From Pecten maximus (Eukaryota): a stretch of 64,000 bases of DNA. The translations under genes and the position numbers were made by a program. Positions 27,553 to 39,992 of this stretch are shown in pieces (within the stretch, counting starts at the first letter, position 1; every line of letters starts with the position of its first letter). Location: the NCBI RefSeq assembly GCF_902652985.1, contig NC_047022.1, forward strand, positions 6,138,001 through 6,202,000, read 5' to 3'. The notes under the pieces are model-generated. The model was not told where the DNA came from. It saw only the letters and a program-made list of their open reading frames with translations, and ran no database searches.

Positions 27553-27880
27553 AATTGTCCTTGACCTTCTGAAGATGAATGTAGCACCAACGGCAGTGCT
27601 CCAGATGCTGAAGTCTATGTGTGGTCAAAGACGAAAGAAAGCTCAGACTGTCGGAGGAGACCATTCAGCCCCAGATCCATATTCCCATCTCCCCACACGA
27701 GCCCGAGATGAGGGTAAAAGCCTCCACTCTACACATCTTGTCCGGTCAGGGAGTCCAGATCAATCCTCACAACTTCCTGCCAGGTCTCGCGATGATGGCA
27801 AATCCCAACATTCTGCACATCGTGTTCGGTCAGGTAGTCATGGGCGGACAATGGCATCCCGATCAGATCCCAGGAAATAA
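27553..27880 (+). CDS. MZT2: MOZART2 coding exon 2 (protein about 151 aa in total)
   Basis: ttacag|A then IVLDLLKMNVAPTAVLQMLKSMC (compare human ILVDLLKLNVAPLAVFQMLKSMC). Phase matches exon 1; stop TAA ends at 27880. Confidence 0.9.
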
Positions 27881-28922
27881 TTTTCATAATTTATGGTCAA
27901 TGCTTTTGTATAGTATTAAATATTCTGAAGTGCTCAGTCTTTCAGGATGATACAGGATGTTTGAGAAAGGGACTTGTGATGGATATTTTTGACTATTTGC
28001 GATCCTCATCATCTTGTTATTAATGTTTTTGTATGATATTATCAAGTGCGAAGACTGATTTCTTCGAGGTATATAAAAAACTGAATTTGTATCTTCACTA
28101 GCCAACGCTTCATTTCTTGAATTTGGTGTATCCAAATGACCTCTTGGCTAGCTTGATGCCGAGTTTGTGGTAAACATCAAATTTTGATTGTGATAATTTA
28201 TTTTTCCGCTTTGTGTGGATAAAATGAAAAAAGCTAAAAATTGTGTGAAAGAGTATGTTATGACTATTTGTCTGAAATATTGTAGAAAGTAATGTTTGAA
28301 TGAGAGGTTAGTAGACAGCAATAAGTCAAAGCAAGACATTTTATATCAAAGTTCAGTCATTGACAATGCTGATCTCAATGTTATGTTGAATTCATTGAAA
28401 AATAGGTCATGGTCTTAGTGCTGTGCATGTTAATAATTCAGACAGAAACATAACTAATGTCTTGGAAATTAAAAATTCATCTTAAAATATGTTCAATTTT
28501 GAGAAACTAGAAATATGCATATTTTTCCTTTTGCTTCAATTATAAACAGGACGAAAGTATGGAAAAACTGGTTTTGTGGTGGAAATATGATCTGAAAAAA
28601 ATAAAATTTGTTGAAAGTCTTCTGTTGTTTTTGTAAATCAATATTGTTGGAACAATTACTAATGTCGTGATTAGTGAAAATTTCATTTCTCATTTGTTGT
28701 AAAACCTGTGAGTTTAACTTATGCCAGTTGGAAGAGAATTACAGAATTTCATTAATTAAAGTGGGAAAATCCCCAAAGTGTAGTTTAAGACAAAGTTCGG
28801 CTTCTAGGTCTCAAGAGGATACCACATGGTATGTAGGGCGCTCTTAAAAAGTAGATAAATCAAGGTACATGTATGAAAGAAGAGCAGCAACTAGGTATGG
28901 AGTCCAGGTTTAAAAATGATCC

Positions 28923-28965
28923 TGCCGACATGTTTCAGTCTGCTAGGCAGGCCGTCATCGGGGCA
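28923..28965 (-). ncRNA. Minimal type-I hammerhead ribozyme of a Penelope-like element, core-mutated
   Basis: Minus strand reads UGCC-CCGAUGA-C-GGCCUGC-CUA-GCAGACU-GAAA-CAUG-UC/GGCA, giving stems I and II, a palindromic CAUG loop III and a GUC site. CUGAUGA has become CCGAUGA at 28960. Confidence 0.7.
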
Positions 28966-29427
28966 CAATTTATTAGTGTGACTGTTACACATATTGAAGC
29001 TGAATAACAATAGAGGTCATGTGACTAACAATGGACAACATGATGATGTCATAACGTTACCAAGTAGTAAGGGAGCAACAAGGCATCAACATGATGATTG
29101 GTCTAAATTAAATAAAGATTTGTCACAAGAATTAGGTAGATAATAGTAAAGTTTAAGTCCTTGTGTAAGTAACCAGTAAAAGAGCCTAAATTATAAGATG
29201 TATGTAGAAAAATAATAATAAAGCAATAAGTACATGTTACAAAGTATTAAAAGGCATGATGAGTATGAAAATGTTCAAGTGATTTTTAGAGGTATAAAGT
29301 TAAAGGCAACTGCGAAAAGTAATAGCAATCGATCAGACATCTAATGGCTTCAGTAGGTACTAAAAGTTCAAAGTTTTGTCAAGTTAGTTCTACCAGAATA
29401 TATGATATCAGGATTTGAAAAGTTGTT

Positions 29428-30438
29428 AAACAAGAGATCCCAGAGGGATCTTGGCGCCCACCATTGAATGATCTTCATAGGTTCCATGTCAGATTGATCT
29501 TTTCTCTACTTTTCCCTTCATTTTACTAATCTGTGCAAATTGAGACATCCCTCCAGTACTTTTCAAACAAGGGAATCCTAGCTATATAAGAAATTTGAGA
29601 TTTAACGATAATGGCTGTTTGTTTGCCAGGTTGTTTTCAGGACAAACTGGTCCAAAAATGCAATACAAGGGACCAAGGGGAACCTACATATGAAATTTGA
29701 GAAAGATCCATTCAGTATACTTTGAGAAATAGAGATAACAAACTTCAATTGTCAAAATCCAAGATGGCTGCCTGTCGGCCATGTTGTTTTCAGATTGGTC
29801 TCAAATCAAAATATGCATAACTAGGCACCTAGGGGAACCTTCAAATGAAATTTGAGTAAGTTCCCTCCAGTACTTTCTCAGAAATAGCGATAACAAACTT
29901 CAATTGTCAAAATCCAAGATGGCTGCCTGTCGGCCATGTTGTTTTCTGATTGGTCTCAAAACGCAATATGCATAACTAGGCACCAAGGGGAACCTTCATA
30001 TGAAATTTGAGAAAGATCCCTTCAGTACTTTCTCAGAAATAGCGATAACAAACTTCAATTGTCAAAATCCAAGATGGCTGCCTGTCGGCCATGTTGTTTT
30101 CTGATTGGTCTCAAAACGCAATATGCATAACTAGGCACCAAGGGGAACCTTCATATGAAATTTGAGAAAGATCCCTTCAGTTCTTTCTCAGAAATAGCGA
30201 TAACAAACTTCAATTGTCAAAATCCAAGATGGCTGCCTGTCGGCCATGTTGTTTTCCGATTGGTCTCAAAACGCAATATGCATAACTAGGCACCAAGGGG
30301 AACCTACGCTTCAGTACTTTCTGAGAAATAGCGATAACAAGAATTGTTTACGGACGGACGGAGGGACGGACTTACGGACCACGGACCACGGACGCAGGGC
30401 GATTTGAATAGCCCACCATCTGATGATGGTGGGCTAAA
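29428..30438. mobile_element. Helentron-associated (HINE/pearl-like) element carrying 155-bp tandem repeats
   Basis: About 5 units with period 155 (AACTTCAATTGTCAAAATCCAAGATGGCTGCC at 29741, 29896, 30051, 30206), a (GGAC)n tract, terminal hairpin GCCCACCATC-TGAT-GATGGTGGGC, and GCCCACCA also near the other end. Confidence 0.75.
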
Positions 30439-31159
30439 AATGTGATAAGCCTTTTGAACAATTGGGCTCAGAAGTGGGCGTAATACGGTAGCTACTGATG
30501 ACTGTTTATGATGTTTTTTAACTAATGTCTGATTAGAGGTCCCAGGTTATACACTTTGAAGCTCTTGTTTGGCTTCGTTGTGTTTGAACTTTTTAACAAT
30601 ACTTAATAATAGTGGTGTCTTCAAACAAGAGGAAGGGAAATATGTCTTCATGATGTGCTTGTAAGAGGTAACTGGAGGTGGAAGCCTTGTGAAGGTCAGA
30701 AATCATTTCCCAGATGTTATTTTTTGTTTTGCGAACTTTAGACACCATGAATAAGGCACACTGTACCCCTCTGCAGGTTGGTTGCAGAATTACACTAAAA
30801 GATATGACCCCCACAGAATCTGGAGTTTTATCTTCTATTAAGAAAACAAATTTGATCCCACTGCCCACATAACTGTGGTTAGGGTAAAGATCAGGTCTTT
30901 CTTGTGTCTTTTTCGCTTTGTTTTAAATCTCCTTTCTTGGTAACACATCCTCTTATGGCCCAGTTTTCAGCGATGTTGTTATAAAAACCATAACACCAAG
31001 ACACTGCTCAAAGCTTGTTCATTTGTTTAGTAAGAAAATACTTTATGCCATTAGGAAAGCTAATGACCTGACTAAAATTTTACAGTGTTTTTGCTTGAAA
31101 GACAATTTTAACATCAACATATGACCAGGGTCCACTTGGTCAAGGTCGTAGCTAGATCA

Positions 31160-31998
31160 GGGCCCAGTTGTTCAAAAGGTGATTAGCTTTAAGTTAATCA
31201 CTTAATAAGTGGAAATTTCATTTCTCATTTGTTGAAAAACCTAAGATATTTCCTTACTTTAAATTATGCCAATTGGAAGAGAATTATAAATTACAGAATT
31301 TCATAAAGTTTTCTCAAGTTAGATCTACCAGAAATAGCCTTATCACCTTTTGAATAACTGGACCCAGATGATTAGTGGAAATCTCATTTCTCCCTTACAT
31401 CAAATCCTGAGTGAGTATTCCTGGAAGCAGACAGGTAGGAAGAGACTGACCAGTGTTATTGTCTCAGGAAATTTTGTCTAGTTACTTTTATCAGAAATGA
31501 TTTTATCTTGATTTTCGAATTACAGTCAAACCTGTATTAAGGGGCCACTCAAGGGACCGACAGATAGTGGCTGCTTAAACCATGTTGGCAAAAAACGGCC
31601 TGTTTCCCAATTCTTTTTCAGCAGATTATTAAATTGATATTATGATGCACTTACTGATATTGATAACAATGTACCATGTATAGTGTATTTTGAAATCAAA
31701 ACCAACAAAGATAAAAGTTTTGATGAATTTGATAAAAATATCTTGTCATGTGATCATCACAGATGTCTACTTCCGGACAAAATGGCCTCTTAATACACGA
31801 CGATACAACGACTCAGAGCAGAGTTTTTGTGGCCGTTGGCCGCGTTAGACAGGTGACCGCTTATTTAAGGTTAATTGTATAGTGTTTTCCATCGGGTGGA
31901 CCACAGACTGGCCGCTTAACGGAGGTGGCCGTCAGAGCAGATTTGACTCAATTTGTTAAACTGTGATTAGCTAAATCACCTTTTGAACAACTGGGCCC
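31160..31998. mobile_element. PIF/Harbinger-like MITE ends enclosing a Tc1/mariner-like MITE (31523-31949)
   Basis: GGGCCCAGTTGTTCAAAAGGTGATT with inverted copies at about 31341-31365 and 31966-31998. The inner element reads TA|CAGTCAAACCTG…CAGATTTGACT. Confidence 0.65.
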
Positions 31999-32072
31999 CC
32001 AGGTCTCTTAAAACGACTGGATTGTCTCCCTTCATATACATAACTTGAAACTATATATTAAAGTGTTTGCAA

Positions 32073-32078
32073 TTTATT
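32073..32078 (-). terminator. Candidate NBN polyadenylation signal AATAAA
   Basis: TTTATT on + about 460 nt past the stop codon. Confidence 0.4.
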
Positions 32079-32536
32079 TAAAAAAAAATTAATGCAGACC
32101 ATATATAGTTTTATATAAATTGATAATCATATTTTCAGTGATATTTTATCTTTAGCTTGTTCAATAATGCAATGAACTGAGGAAAAACAACTTCATGAAA
32201 TCAAACGCAAATTTAATTATCGATGATAAACAAGTGATTCACTTAAAAAAATCTAGAAATCTGATTTCGTAACTCTATTCTGTCAAACAGGGCTAATTCA
32301 CAAATGTTGACCAGTTGTTATACATCAATAACCAAGCGTATCCTTATATCACTGGTAGCCATCACAGCACATCTGAAAACATATTTTTAATGCTTGTATC
32401 ACAATGGAAAGTTGTAGTATGCGACTTTTAATCCATTAGGCTATGATTTGATCAGCTACCAGCGTGAGTAAATCACGATGTTCACAAATGTATCTGGTTA
32501 AGTTCTGACCAGATACATGACTGGACAAGTATCTTA

Positions 32537-32576
32537 TCAACGAGATCGGTTACTAGAATGAGATCGAGGTTCCCAT
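32537..32576 (-). CDS. NBN: Nibrin exon 15 (last)
   Basis: tttttttcag|A TGG…: (E)WEPRSHSSNRSR*. Completes the FEW motif (ATM-binding FxF/Y type). Confidence 0.8.
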
Positions 32577-32741
32577 CTGAAAAAAAGAAGTAGAAAATTA
32601 AGCCTTCAATTTAAAATGATATACAAATTTATTAAATATTTCGTATGTATACAAATACACGAATACAGACACAATCCAAATTCCCTGTAATACTGAATAT
32701 TTTTCAAAACCCCGACAAAATTAAAAAAATTTTTTACTTAC

Positions 32742-32791
32742 TCAAAGAGTTCCTGTGCACGTCTATTGGCCTCCGATTGTTGACTCTCCGC
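32742..32791 (-). CDS. NBN: Nibrin exon 14
   Basis: AESQQSEANRRAQELF; 50 nt with ag/gtaagt, the same size and phase as the human penultimate exon (…LADDLFR). Confidence 0.85.
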
Positions 32792-34320
32792 CTGTATCAA
32801 AACAGAAACAAATTAAACACTAGTCTAAAGAAATCAGTAAATGTGTACTTGTGCATGTCTATTGAATAAATGTATATATATAGCGAGAAAAAAGTTTGTG
32901 TCCATGTCGAGTTGGGTATATAAAAAATAAAAACAAAACTTAACGACAAACTTTCTCTAGCGCTCTCGCTCTCACAGCTATTGCTACTCCAAAGGAAAGT
33001 TTATTTTTGAAAGGACAACTTGATGACGTCCCAAATAATGCTTTTTTAAGTAGCGTAATATTTACTAGTCTGTTGAGACTAAGTCTTAATATTTCTATTA
33101 TTTAATACTTTTTGTTCCCAACAAAAGAGTATCAGATGAATGTAGTCGATATATATATTGTATTTATATTTCAAAATCATGTGCCACCAAATATCTAGAA
33201 CATATGGAGTACATAATTTGATTATTAGAGCTGTGTATCACAAGGTGGGTAGCGATACGATACGTATCACGATATATGAGAAGCTGATGACCTATCAGAT
33301 AGCTATAGTATTCCATCACACAGTAGTCATGTTTTGTTTGTAGTATTTCTGGAATATTGGAGTCTTTGTCTATATTTATTACAAAAAAAACCCAAAAAAC
33401 AAAACATAAGTTTTGTCCGTTTCCCGCAAAACGTTTTTGAATTTAGGTAATTTGGAATTGAATTTACTCCAACAGCAGCTTTATACCCTGCTGGAACAGC
33501 CTTGTCAGCCATGTTGTTAATACACACACAGTATGCTAACGTTGGTCAAGGGAGATAACTACAAATTTTCAAGTATCTCGATATAAATCAAGGATAGACG
33601 ATGCATCGATGCACCACTCTGCGATCCAATACAGCCATGCATCGGTGAATCGTCACACCACTACTGATAATGTCTAGGCTATTTCAGTACAACACCCATG
33701 TCGACCCATGCCCTATGTACATATATAGTACACTCCCAAGAATAGAATGAAGTTCCTGTGATCAGTGGGGTGCAGGATAGAAAGACTGATCTAGATGAAT
33801 TGAGGAAGAGTAAAAGGAAAGATGGATACAACATAAACCTATTGCTCTCAGTAACTCAAAGTAAACCCTGCTGTGAAAATTCCACCCCAGACATTTTTCT
33901 TGACAAGCCTTTTTTATACAGCTGTCAATGACAGGTCGTATAATGGTACCCTTCGCTGTCTGTACGTCCCTCTGTCCGCTTGACCGTCCATTAACTCTTC
34001 CTTGTTAGCACTCTCTAGCCGTTATTTTCTGGCCTTTATTTAACAATGGATTTTTTAATCTTATGAAACTTGCTACAAACTTGACACAATAGCTCAAACA
34101 AGGTTGTGTTATAGAATCACGTGATAATTCTTACCAGAGTTACGTCCCTTTTATTGCCAAATATTGTGTAGAAAATGCAAGAATTTTCTATTTTCCATTC
34201 AATTGCTCTAAGATTTGGTTCACTACAACAAGAAGCAATTATGTTCAACATATATTAGGGGTTTTACACTACATTTTCCTGTGGTAGCTGTTCCAGTGAC
34301 AGTCGTATCATGTTCCCGCC

Positions 34321-34738
34321 ATCTTCGCTAGCCAAGGCTTCTGATTATGTTACACTTCACAAACCCTTGGCAGATTTAGTTCAGTTGTAGCCCTCAATTC
34401 GAAATTACATCCCTTTATGCATCAAATGTTCGACCAATCAAAACGAGCTTTACCGATGTACTTTATCGGTGATGTTTACAGACACATGGAGGCTTGTGTC
34501 ATTTTGATGAGATATGTGATCAGTGACTTCTACCAATTGATCAAACACTGTGAATGTTTCCGAAAAGATTGTACGTCTCTGTATTTAGGTAAAATGACAT
34601 GACATAGTCGACAATGTAGCTCTGTACTGGGTGCCGCAATTTGTGTTTACTGCGAAACCAAGTCTGAATGCAAAACAGGATTTGATTGGAACGGGTTTGT
34701 GGAGTGTAACGTAATCAGAAGCCTTGGTTAGTGAAGAT
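34321..34738. mobile_element. MITE with 46-bp TIRs in NBN intron 13
   Basis: ATCTTCGCTAGCCAAGGCTTCTGATTATGTTACAC… / …GTGTAACGTAATCAGAAGCCTTGGTTAGTGAAGAT. Confidence 0.8.
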
Positions 34739-34772
34739 GTGCTCCCGCTTGCGGCCCTTATGTTAAACCCAC

Positions 34773-34886
34773 CTGCTGAGCTTCCTTGAACCACTCGTCA
34801 AGTTCACGGCGCTGAGATATTACGTGTGGAACCAGATCACTGCCACCAATGATACTTGGAAGTCTGTCTAGGCCAGCAACACCAGC
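34773..34886 (-). CDS. NBN: Nibrin exon 13
   Basis: AGVAGLDRLPSIIGGSDLVPHVISQRRELDEWFKEAQQ (human LPHIIGGSDL…ELEEWL); 114 nt. Confidence 0.92.
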
Positions 34887-34964
34887 CTACAATGAAAAAC
34901 AAACAGTTACCGTCTGCTACCAAAGGATATTTCAATGATTTTATGATAATTGCGTGTCGTCTCA

Positions 34965-35262
34965 ACCAATAACCAATTTGACCTTTGACCTTAAAGTTAA
35001 GGCCAAAGTAGTGACCTTTTGAGGACACGATGTATATATGTTGTGTTAGGTGTTTCCATGACAAAATCAATAACTAATTTGACCTTTGACCTCGAAGTAA
35101 AGGCCAAAGTAATGACTTTTTGAGGACACGATGTACATCTGTTGTGTTAGATGCTTCCATGACAAAATCAATAACTGATTTGACCTTTGACCTTGAAGTA
35201 AAGGCAAAAGTGACCTTTTGAGGACACAATGTACTTTGTTGTGCTAGATGCTTCCATGACGA
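34965..35262. repeat. Three ~101-bp tandem repeats (TTTGACCTTTGACCT motif)
   Basis: The motif recurs at about 34977, 35078 and 35179. Confidence 0.75.
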
Positions 35263-35454
35263 AAACTTTATGAAGATGTAATTAATACTTGAAGAATTCT
35301 ATCAAGGCAAAGTTTTCAAGAAATAGGAGAAACATACATAAATCAGAACAAAATAGCTCCTTTCTTTTCCACTGAATGTGAAAATAGTATATAATTTTAA
35401 CATATATATATATAATTTTTATATGGTTGGTAAATGTTCATCCTTTCTTAATAC

Positions 35455-35652
35455 CTTCTTGAATTTCTTGAAGTTTTTGACAATACAGCCCTTCCATCGC
35501 GAATATCCTGCAGGAACGTCCCTTTCTGACCTTCCAGGAGAGTTTTGAGGTTGTGAAGGTCGTCGGGTCACAAGGTCAACAAAAACGGTCTGGACTAGGT
35601 CAGTAGGGACCCCCTCCTCCTTCACATAGTTTCCATGGTAATTATCTTCTTC
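35455..35652 (-). CDS. NBN: Nibrin exon 12 (Mre11-binding NFKxFxK motif)
   Basis: EEDNYHG…CIVKNFKKFKK|gtatta, phase 0/0. Confidence 0.92.
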
Positions 35653-36145
35653 CTGCAAATATGGTTAATACATCAGAAACCATGCCCTGAACCACTTACT
35701 AATCGTCCGACATAACAAAAATGACATTTTCATCCCAATACTGAAATAATTTACAAATAAGAAAACCTGTTCTATATTGTTATCACAGGTAACTAATACA
35801 TGTATTTCTAATCTAAAATCAACAGGAGGTTTTCAAACTGTTATTGATACAGTATGTTTAAATTTATGAAACAATGCCCCAATATACTGATTTTCAGCCA
35901 GATTTTAAAAAAGAAACAATGCTCCACATGATTGTGTGAGGAAATTAAATCAAATGGATGTTTTTTTTTTTTTTTATTAATTTGGAAGTGTAATTTTGAG
36001 AAAATATTTGATTTCCCTGTTCCTGTGGGCTCACCAACAATTTGAGACTATATATACCCCATCCCTCCTTAGGTTATGTATACTTGACAATTTGAAAAAC
36101 GATTTCTATAGTCTTTCTACGTGCTCTAGTCTAGTTTAGGCATGT

Positions 36146-39037
36146 TCTGGGTGTATTTTGGGTGTTTTGAGGTACTTTTGGTTGTTTGAGGGTATTTTTG
36201 GGTGTTTTGAGGTACTTTTGGGTGTTTGAGGGTATTTTTGGGTGTTTGAGGTACTTTTAGGTGTTTGGGGGTATTTGTGGGTGTTTTGAGGTACTTTTAG
36301 GTGTTTGAGGGTATTTGTGGGTGTTTTGAGGTACTTTTGGTTGTTTGAGGTTTCTTTTTGGGTGTTTGGAGGTACATGTACTTTTGGTTGTCTGAGGGTA
36401 TTTGTGGGTGTTTTGAGGTACTTTTATGTGTTTGAGGGTATTTTTGGTTGTTTTGAGGTACTTTTGGTTGTTTGAGGGTATTTGTGGGTGTTTTGAGGTA
36501 CTTGTACTTTTGGGTGTCTGAGGGTATTTTTGGGTGTTTTGAGGTACTTTTGGTTGTCTGAGGGTATTTTTGGGTGTTTTGAGGTACATGTACTTTTAAG
36601 TGTTTGAGGGTATTTTTGGGTGTTTTGAGGTACTTTTGGGTGTCTGGGGGTATTTTTGGGTGTTTTGAGGTACTTGTACTTTTGATTGTCTGAGGGTATT
36701 TGTGGGTGTTTTGAGGTACTTGTACTTTTGGGTGTCTGAGGGTATTTTTGAGTGTTTTGAGGTACTTTTGATTGTCTGAGGGTATTTGTGGGTGTTTTGA
36801 GGTACTTTTATGTGTCTGAGGGTATTTTTGGGTGTTTTGAGGTACGTTTGGGTGTCTGAGGGTATTTTTGAGTGTTTTAAGGTACTTTTGATTGTCTGAG
36901 GGTATTTGTGGGTGTTTTGAGGTACATTTATGTGTCTGAGGGTATTTTTGGGTGTTTTGAGGTACTTTTGGTTGTCTGGGGGTATTTTTGGGTGTTTTGA
37001 GGTACATGTACTTTTAAGTGTTTGAGGGTATTTGTTGGTGTTTTGAGGTACTTTTGGTTGTTTTAGGGAGTTTTGAGGTACATGTACTTTTGGTTGTTTG
37101 AGGGTGCTTTGAGGTACATGTACTTTTGGTTGTTTGAGGGTGCTTTGAGGTACTTTTGTTTGTCTGAGGGTATTTTTGGGTGTTTTGAGGTACTTGTACT
37201 TTTAGTTGTTTGAGGATATTTGTGGGTGTTTTGAGGTACCTTTTGGGTGTCTTGGGGTATTTTTGGGTGTTTTGAGGTACTTTTGGTGTTTGGGGGTATT
37301 TTTGGGTGTTTGAGGTTTTTTTGGGGTGTTTTGAGGAACATGTACTTTTGGTTGTTTGAGGGTATTTGTGTGTGTTTTGAGGTACTTTTGGTTGTTTGAG
37401 GGTATTTTTGGGTGTTTTGAGGTACTTTTAGGTGTTTGAGGGTATTTTGGGGTGTTTTGAGGTACTTTTGGGTGTCTGGGGGTATTTTTGGGTGTTTTGA
37501 GGTACTTTTGGGTGTCTAGGGGTATTTTTGGGTGTTTTGAGGTACTTTTGGGTGTGTGAGGGTATTTGTGGGTGTTTTGAGGTACTTTTGGTTGTTTGAG
37601 GGTATTTTTTGGTTTTTGAGGTACTTGTACTTTTGGTTGTCTGGGGGTATTTTTGGGTGTTTTGAGGTACTTTTGGGTGTGTGAGGGTATTTGTGGGTGT
37701 TTTGAGGTACTTTTGGGTGTGTGAGGGTATTTGTGGGTGTTTTGAGGTACTTTTGGGTGTGTGAGGGTATTTGTGGGTGTTTTGAGGTACTTTTGGGTGT
37801 CTGAGGGTAATTGTGGGTGTTTTGAGGTACTTTTGGGTGTCTGGGTGTATTTTTGGGTGTTTTGAGGTACTTGTACTTTTGGTTGTCTGACGGTATTTTT
37901 GGGTGTTTTGAGGTACTTTTGGGTGTCTGAGGGTATTTGTGGGTGTTTGGGGGTCCTTTTGGGTGTCTGAGGGTATTTGTAGGTGTTTTGAGGTACTTTT
38001 GGGTGTCTGGGGGTATTTTTGGGGGTTTTGAGGTACTTGTACTTTTGGTTGTCTGAGGGTATTTTTGGGTGTTTTGAGGTACTTTTGAGTGTCTGAGGGT
38101 ATTTTTCGATGTTTGGGGGTATTTTTGGGTGTTTGAGGTGTTTTTTGGGTGTTTTGAGGTACATGTACTTTTGGTTGTTTGAGGGTGTTTTGAGGTACTT
38201 TTGTGTGTCTGAGGGTATTTTTGGGTGTTTTGAGGTACTTGTACTTTTGGTTGTTTGAGGGTATTTGTGGGTGTTTTGAGGTACTTTTGGGTGTCTGGGG
38301 GTATTTTTGGGTGTTTTCAGGTACTTTTGGTGTTTGGGGGTATTTTTGGGTGTTTGAGGTTTTTTTTGGGGTGTTTTGAGGAACATGTACTTTTAAGTGT
38401 TTGAGGGTATTTTTGGGTGTTTTGAGGTACTTTTGGGTGTCTGAGGGTATTTTTGGGTGTTTTGAGGTACTTGTACTTTTGATTGTCTGAGGGTATTTGT
38501 GGGTGTTTTGAGGTACTTGTACTTTTGGGTGTCTGAGGGTATTTTTGAGTGTTTTGAGGTACTTTTGATTGTCTGAGGGTATTTGTGGGTGTTTTGAGGT
38601 ACTTTTATGTGTCTGAGGGTATTTTTGGGTGTTTTGAGGTATTTTTGGGTGTCTGAGGGTATTTTTGAGTGTTTTAAGGTACTTTTGATTGTCTGAGGGT
38701 ATTTGTGAGTGTTTGGAGGTACTTTTGGTTGTTTGAGGGTATTTTTGGGTGTTTTGAGGTACTTTTGAGTGTCTGAGGGTATTTTGGGGTGTTTTGAGGT
38801 ACTTTTGGTGTTTGGGGGTATTTTGGGGTGTTTTGAGGTACTTGTACTTTTGGTTGTCTAGGGGTATTTTTGGGTGTTTTGAGGTACTTTTGGGTGTCTG
38901 AGGGTATTTGTGGGTGTTTTGAGGTACTTTTGGGTGTCTGAGGGTATTTTTTGGGTGTTTTGAGGTACTTTTGGTTGTTTGAGGGTATTTTTGGGTGTTT
39001 TGAGGTACTTTTGGTGTTTGGGGGTATTTTTGGGTGT
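36146..39037. repeat. G/T-rich ~40-bp minisatellite (about 2.9 kb) in NBN intron 11
   Basis: Unit GAGGGTATTTTTGGGTGTTTTGAGGTACTTTTGGGTGTCT, with 46-bp variants carrying an extra TGTACT-type 6-mer. Confidence 0.97.
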
Positions 39038-39197
39038 CTTTGTATGTATTTAAATCTGAGTAGGAGATCAAGTATAGATTTCCATAGTGGGACCCCATTT
39101 GTCGTCAAGCTTATTGATATAACATAATAAGATTTGAACCAAGGGAAGTAACTCAGAAGACGAAAATGATAAATTCCCCATCATCATGGGATTGTAC

Positions 39198-39257
39198 CTC
39201 AGCTTGTCCACGTACTGTGGACAGGAATCCTGGAACAGATGGTGTTTCTCTCCCCTT
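39198..39257 (-). CDS. NBN: Nibrin exon 11 (60 nt)
   Basis: ctatttgcag|KGRETPSVPGFLSTVRGQAE|gtac; phase 0/0 fits exon 12. Confidence 0.65.
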
Positions 39258-39992
39258 CTGCAAATAGGAAAAGCTCTTTTACTATACATAAATAAAAGAA
39301 ATGATTTATAGATTAAGTGAAAAAATTAGTTTTCTATTAATTAAATATCTTTCAATAATGTTCCATAATAGACAAATGTCAAACACAAATTACCGGTAAG
39401 ATAAGTTATCTTTGTTTTTTAATTGACATTTGTCATTTATGGAACAAAAAAAAGTTTTGTAATTACAATTTTTTTTTTAAAAGGTTAAAACGATAAATCT
39501 GATGACTTTTTTTTTAGTTTGATCAGAGCATAGTACATGTAGACAAAAACAGCTTTTCCTTAGGTTTAAAATTGCGAGTTTCCTCATAGGTGGCATGTTG
39601 TTGTATTTGCATGTGTATTTTCTGATTGTGGGTATAACATGCATCATTCAGTGAGGGTAGTCAGAGATACTATTTGTCAATAAATACACTAATGACAATT
39701 CATTATAGACGTACTGTACATATTGTATTCATTCATACATTGGACTGTCAACAGGTATACACCAACAGGTATATATATATCATACATGTATATTTTAGTG
39801 ATATTCTTATTTCAGTGGTTTTTGGTGCTGAAATTTTTTTTCCTTTAGCTTGATTGTACTAACTGTAGTTCTGTTTATTGTTTTCTACTACATGATAATT
39901 ACGAGTGTGACATTTCGTCATTGTGCAAATATGCTTAAATTCAGTTACATGCTAAAATATGAGTGCTGAAATTAATATAGTGACAGTATTAC

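Noticed and set aside
36257-39108. Long K/P/T/Q-rich ORFs (up to 556 aa) on the NBN strand
   Set aside because: These are translations of the 40-bp satellite, whose C/A-rich strand lacks stop codons. Several overlapping frames are open, and NBN exons 11 and 12 join in phase without them.
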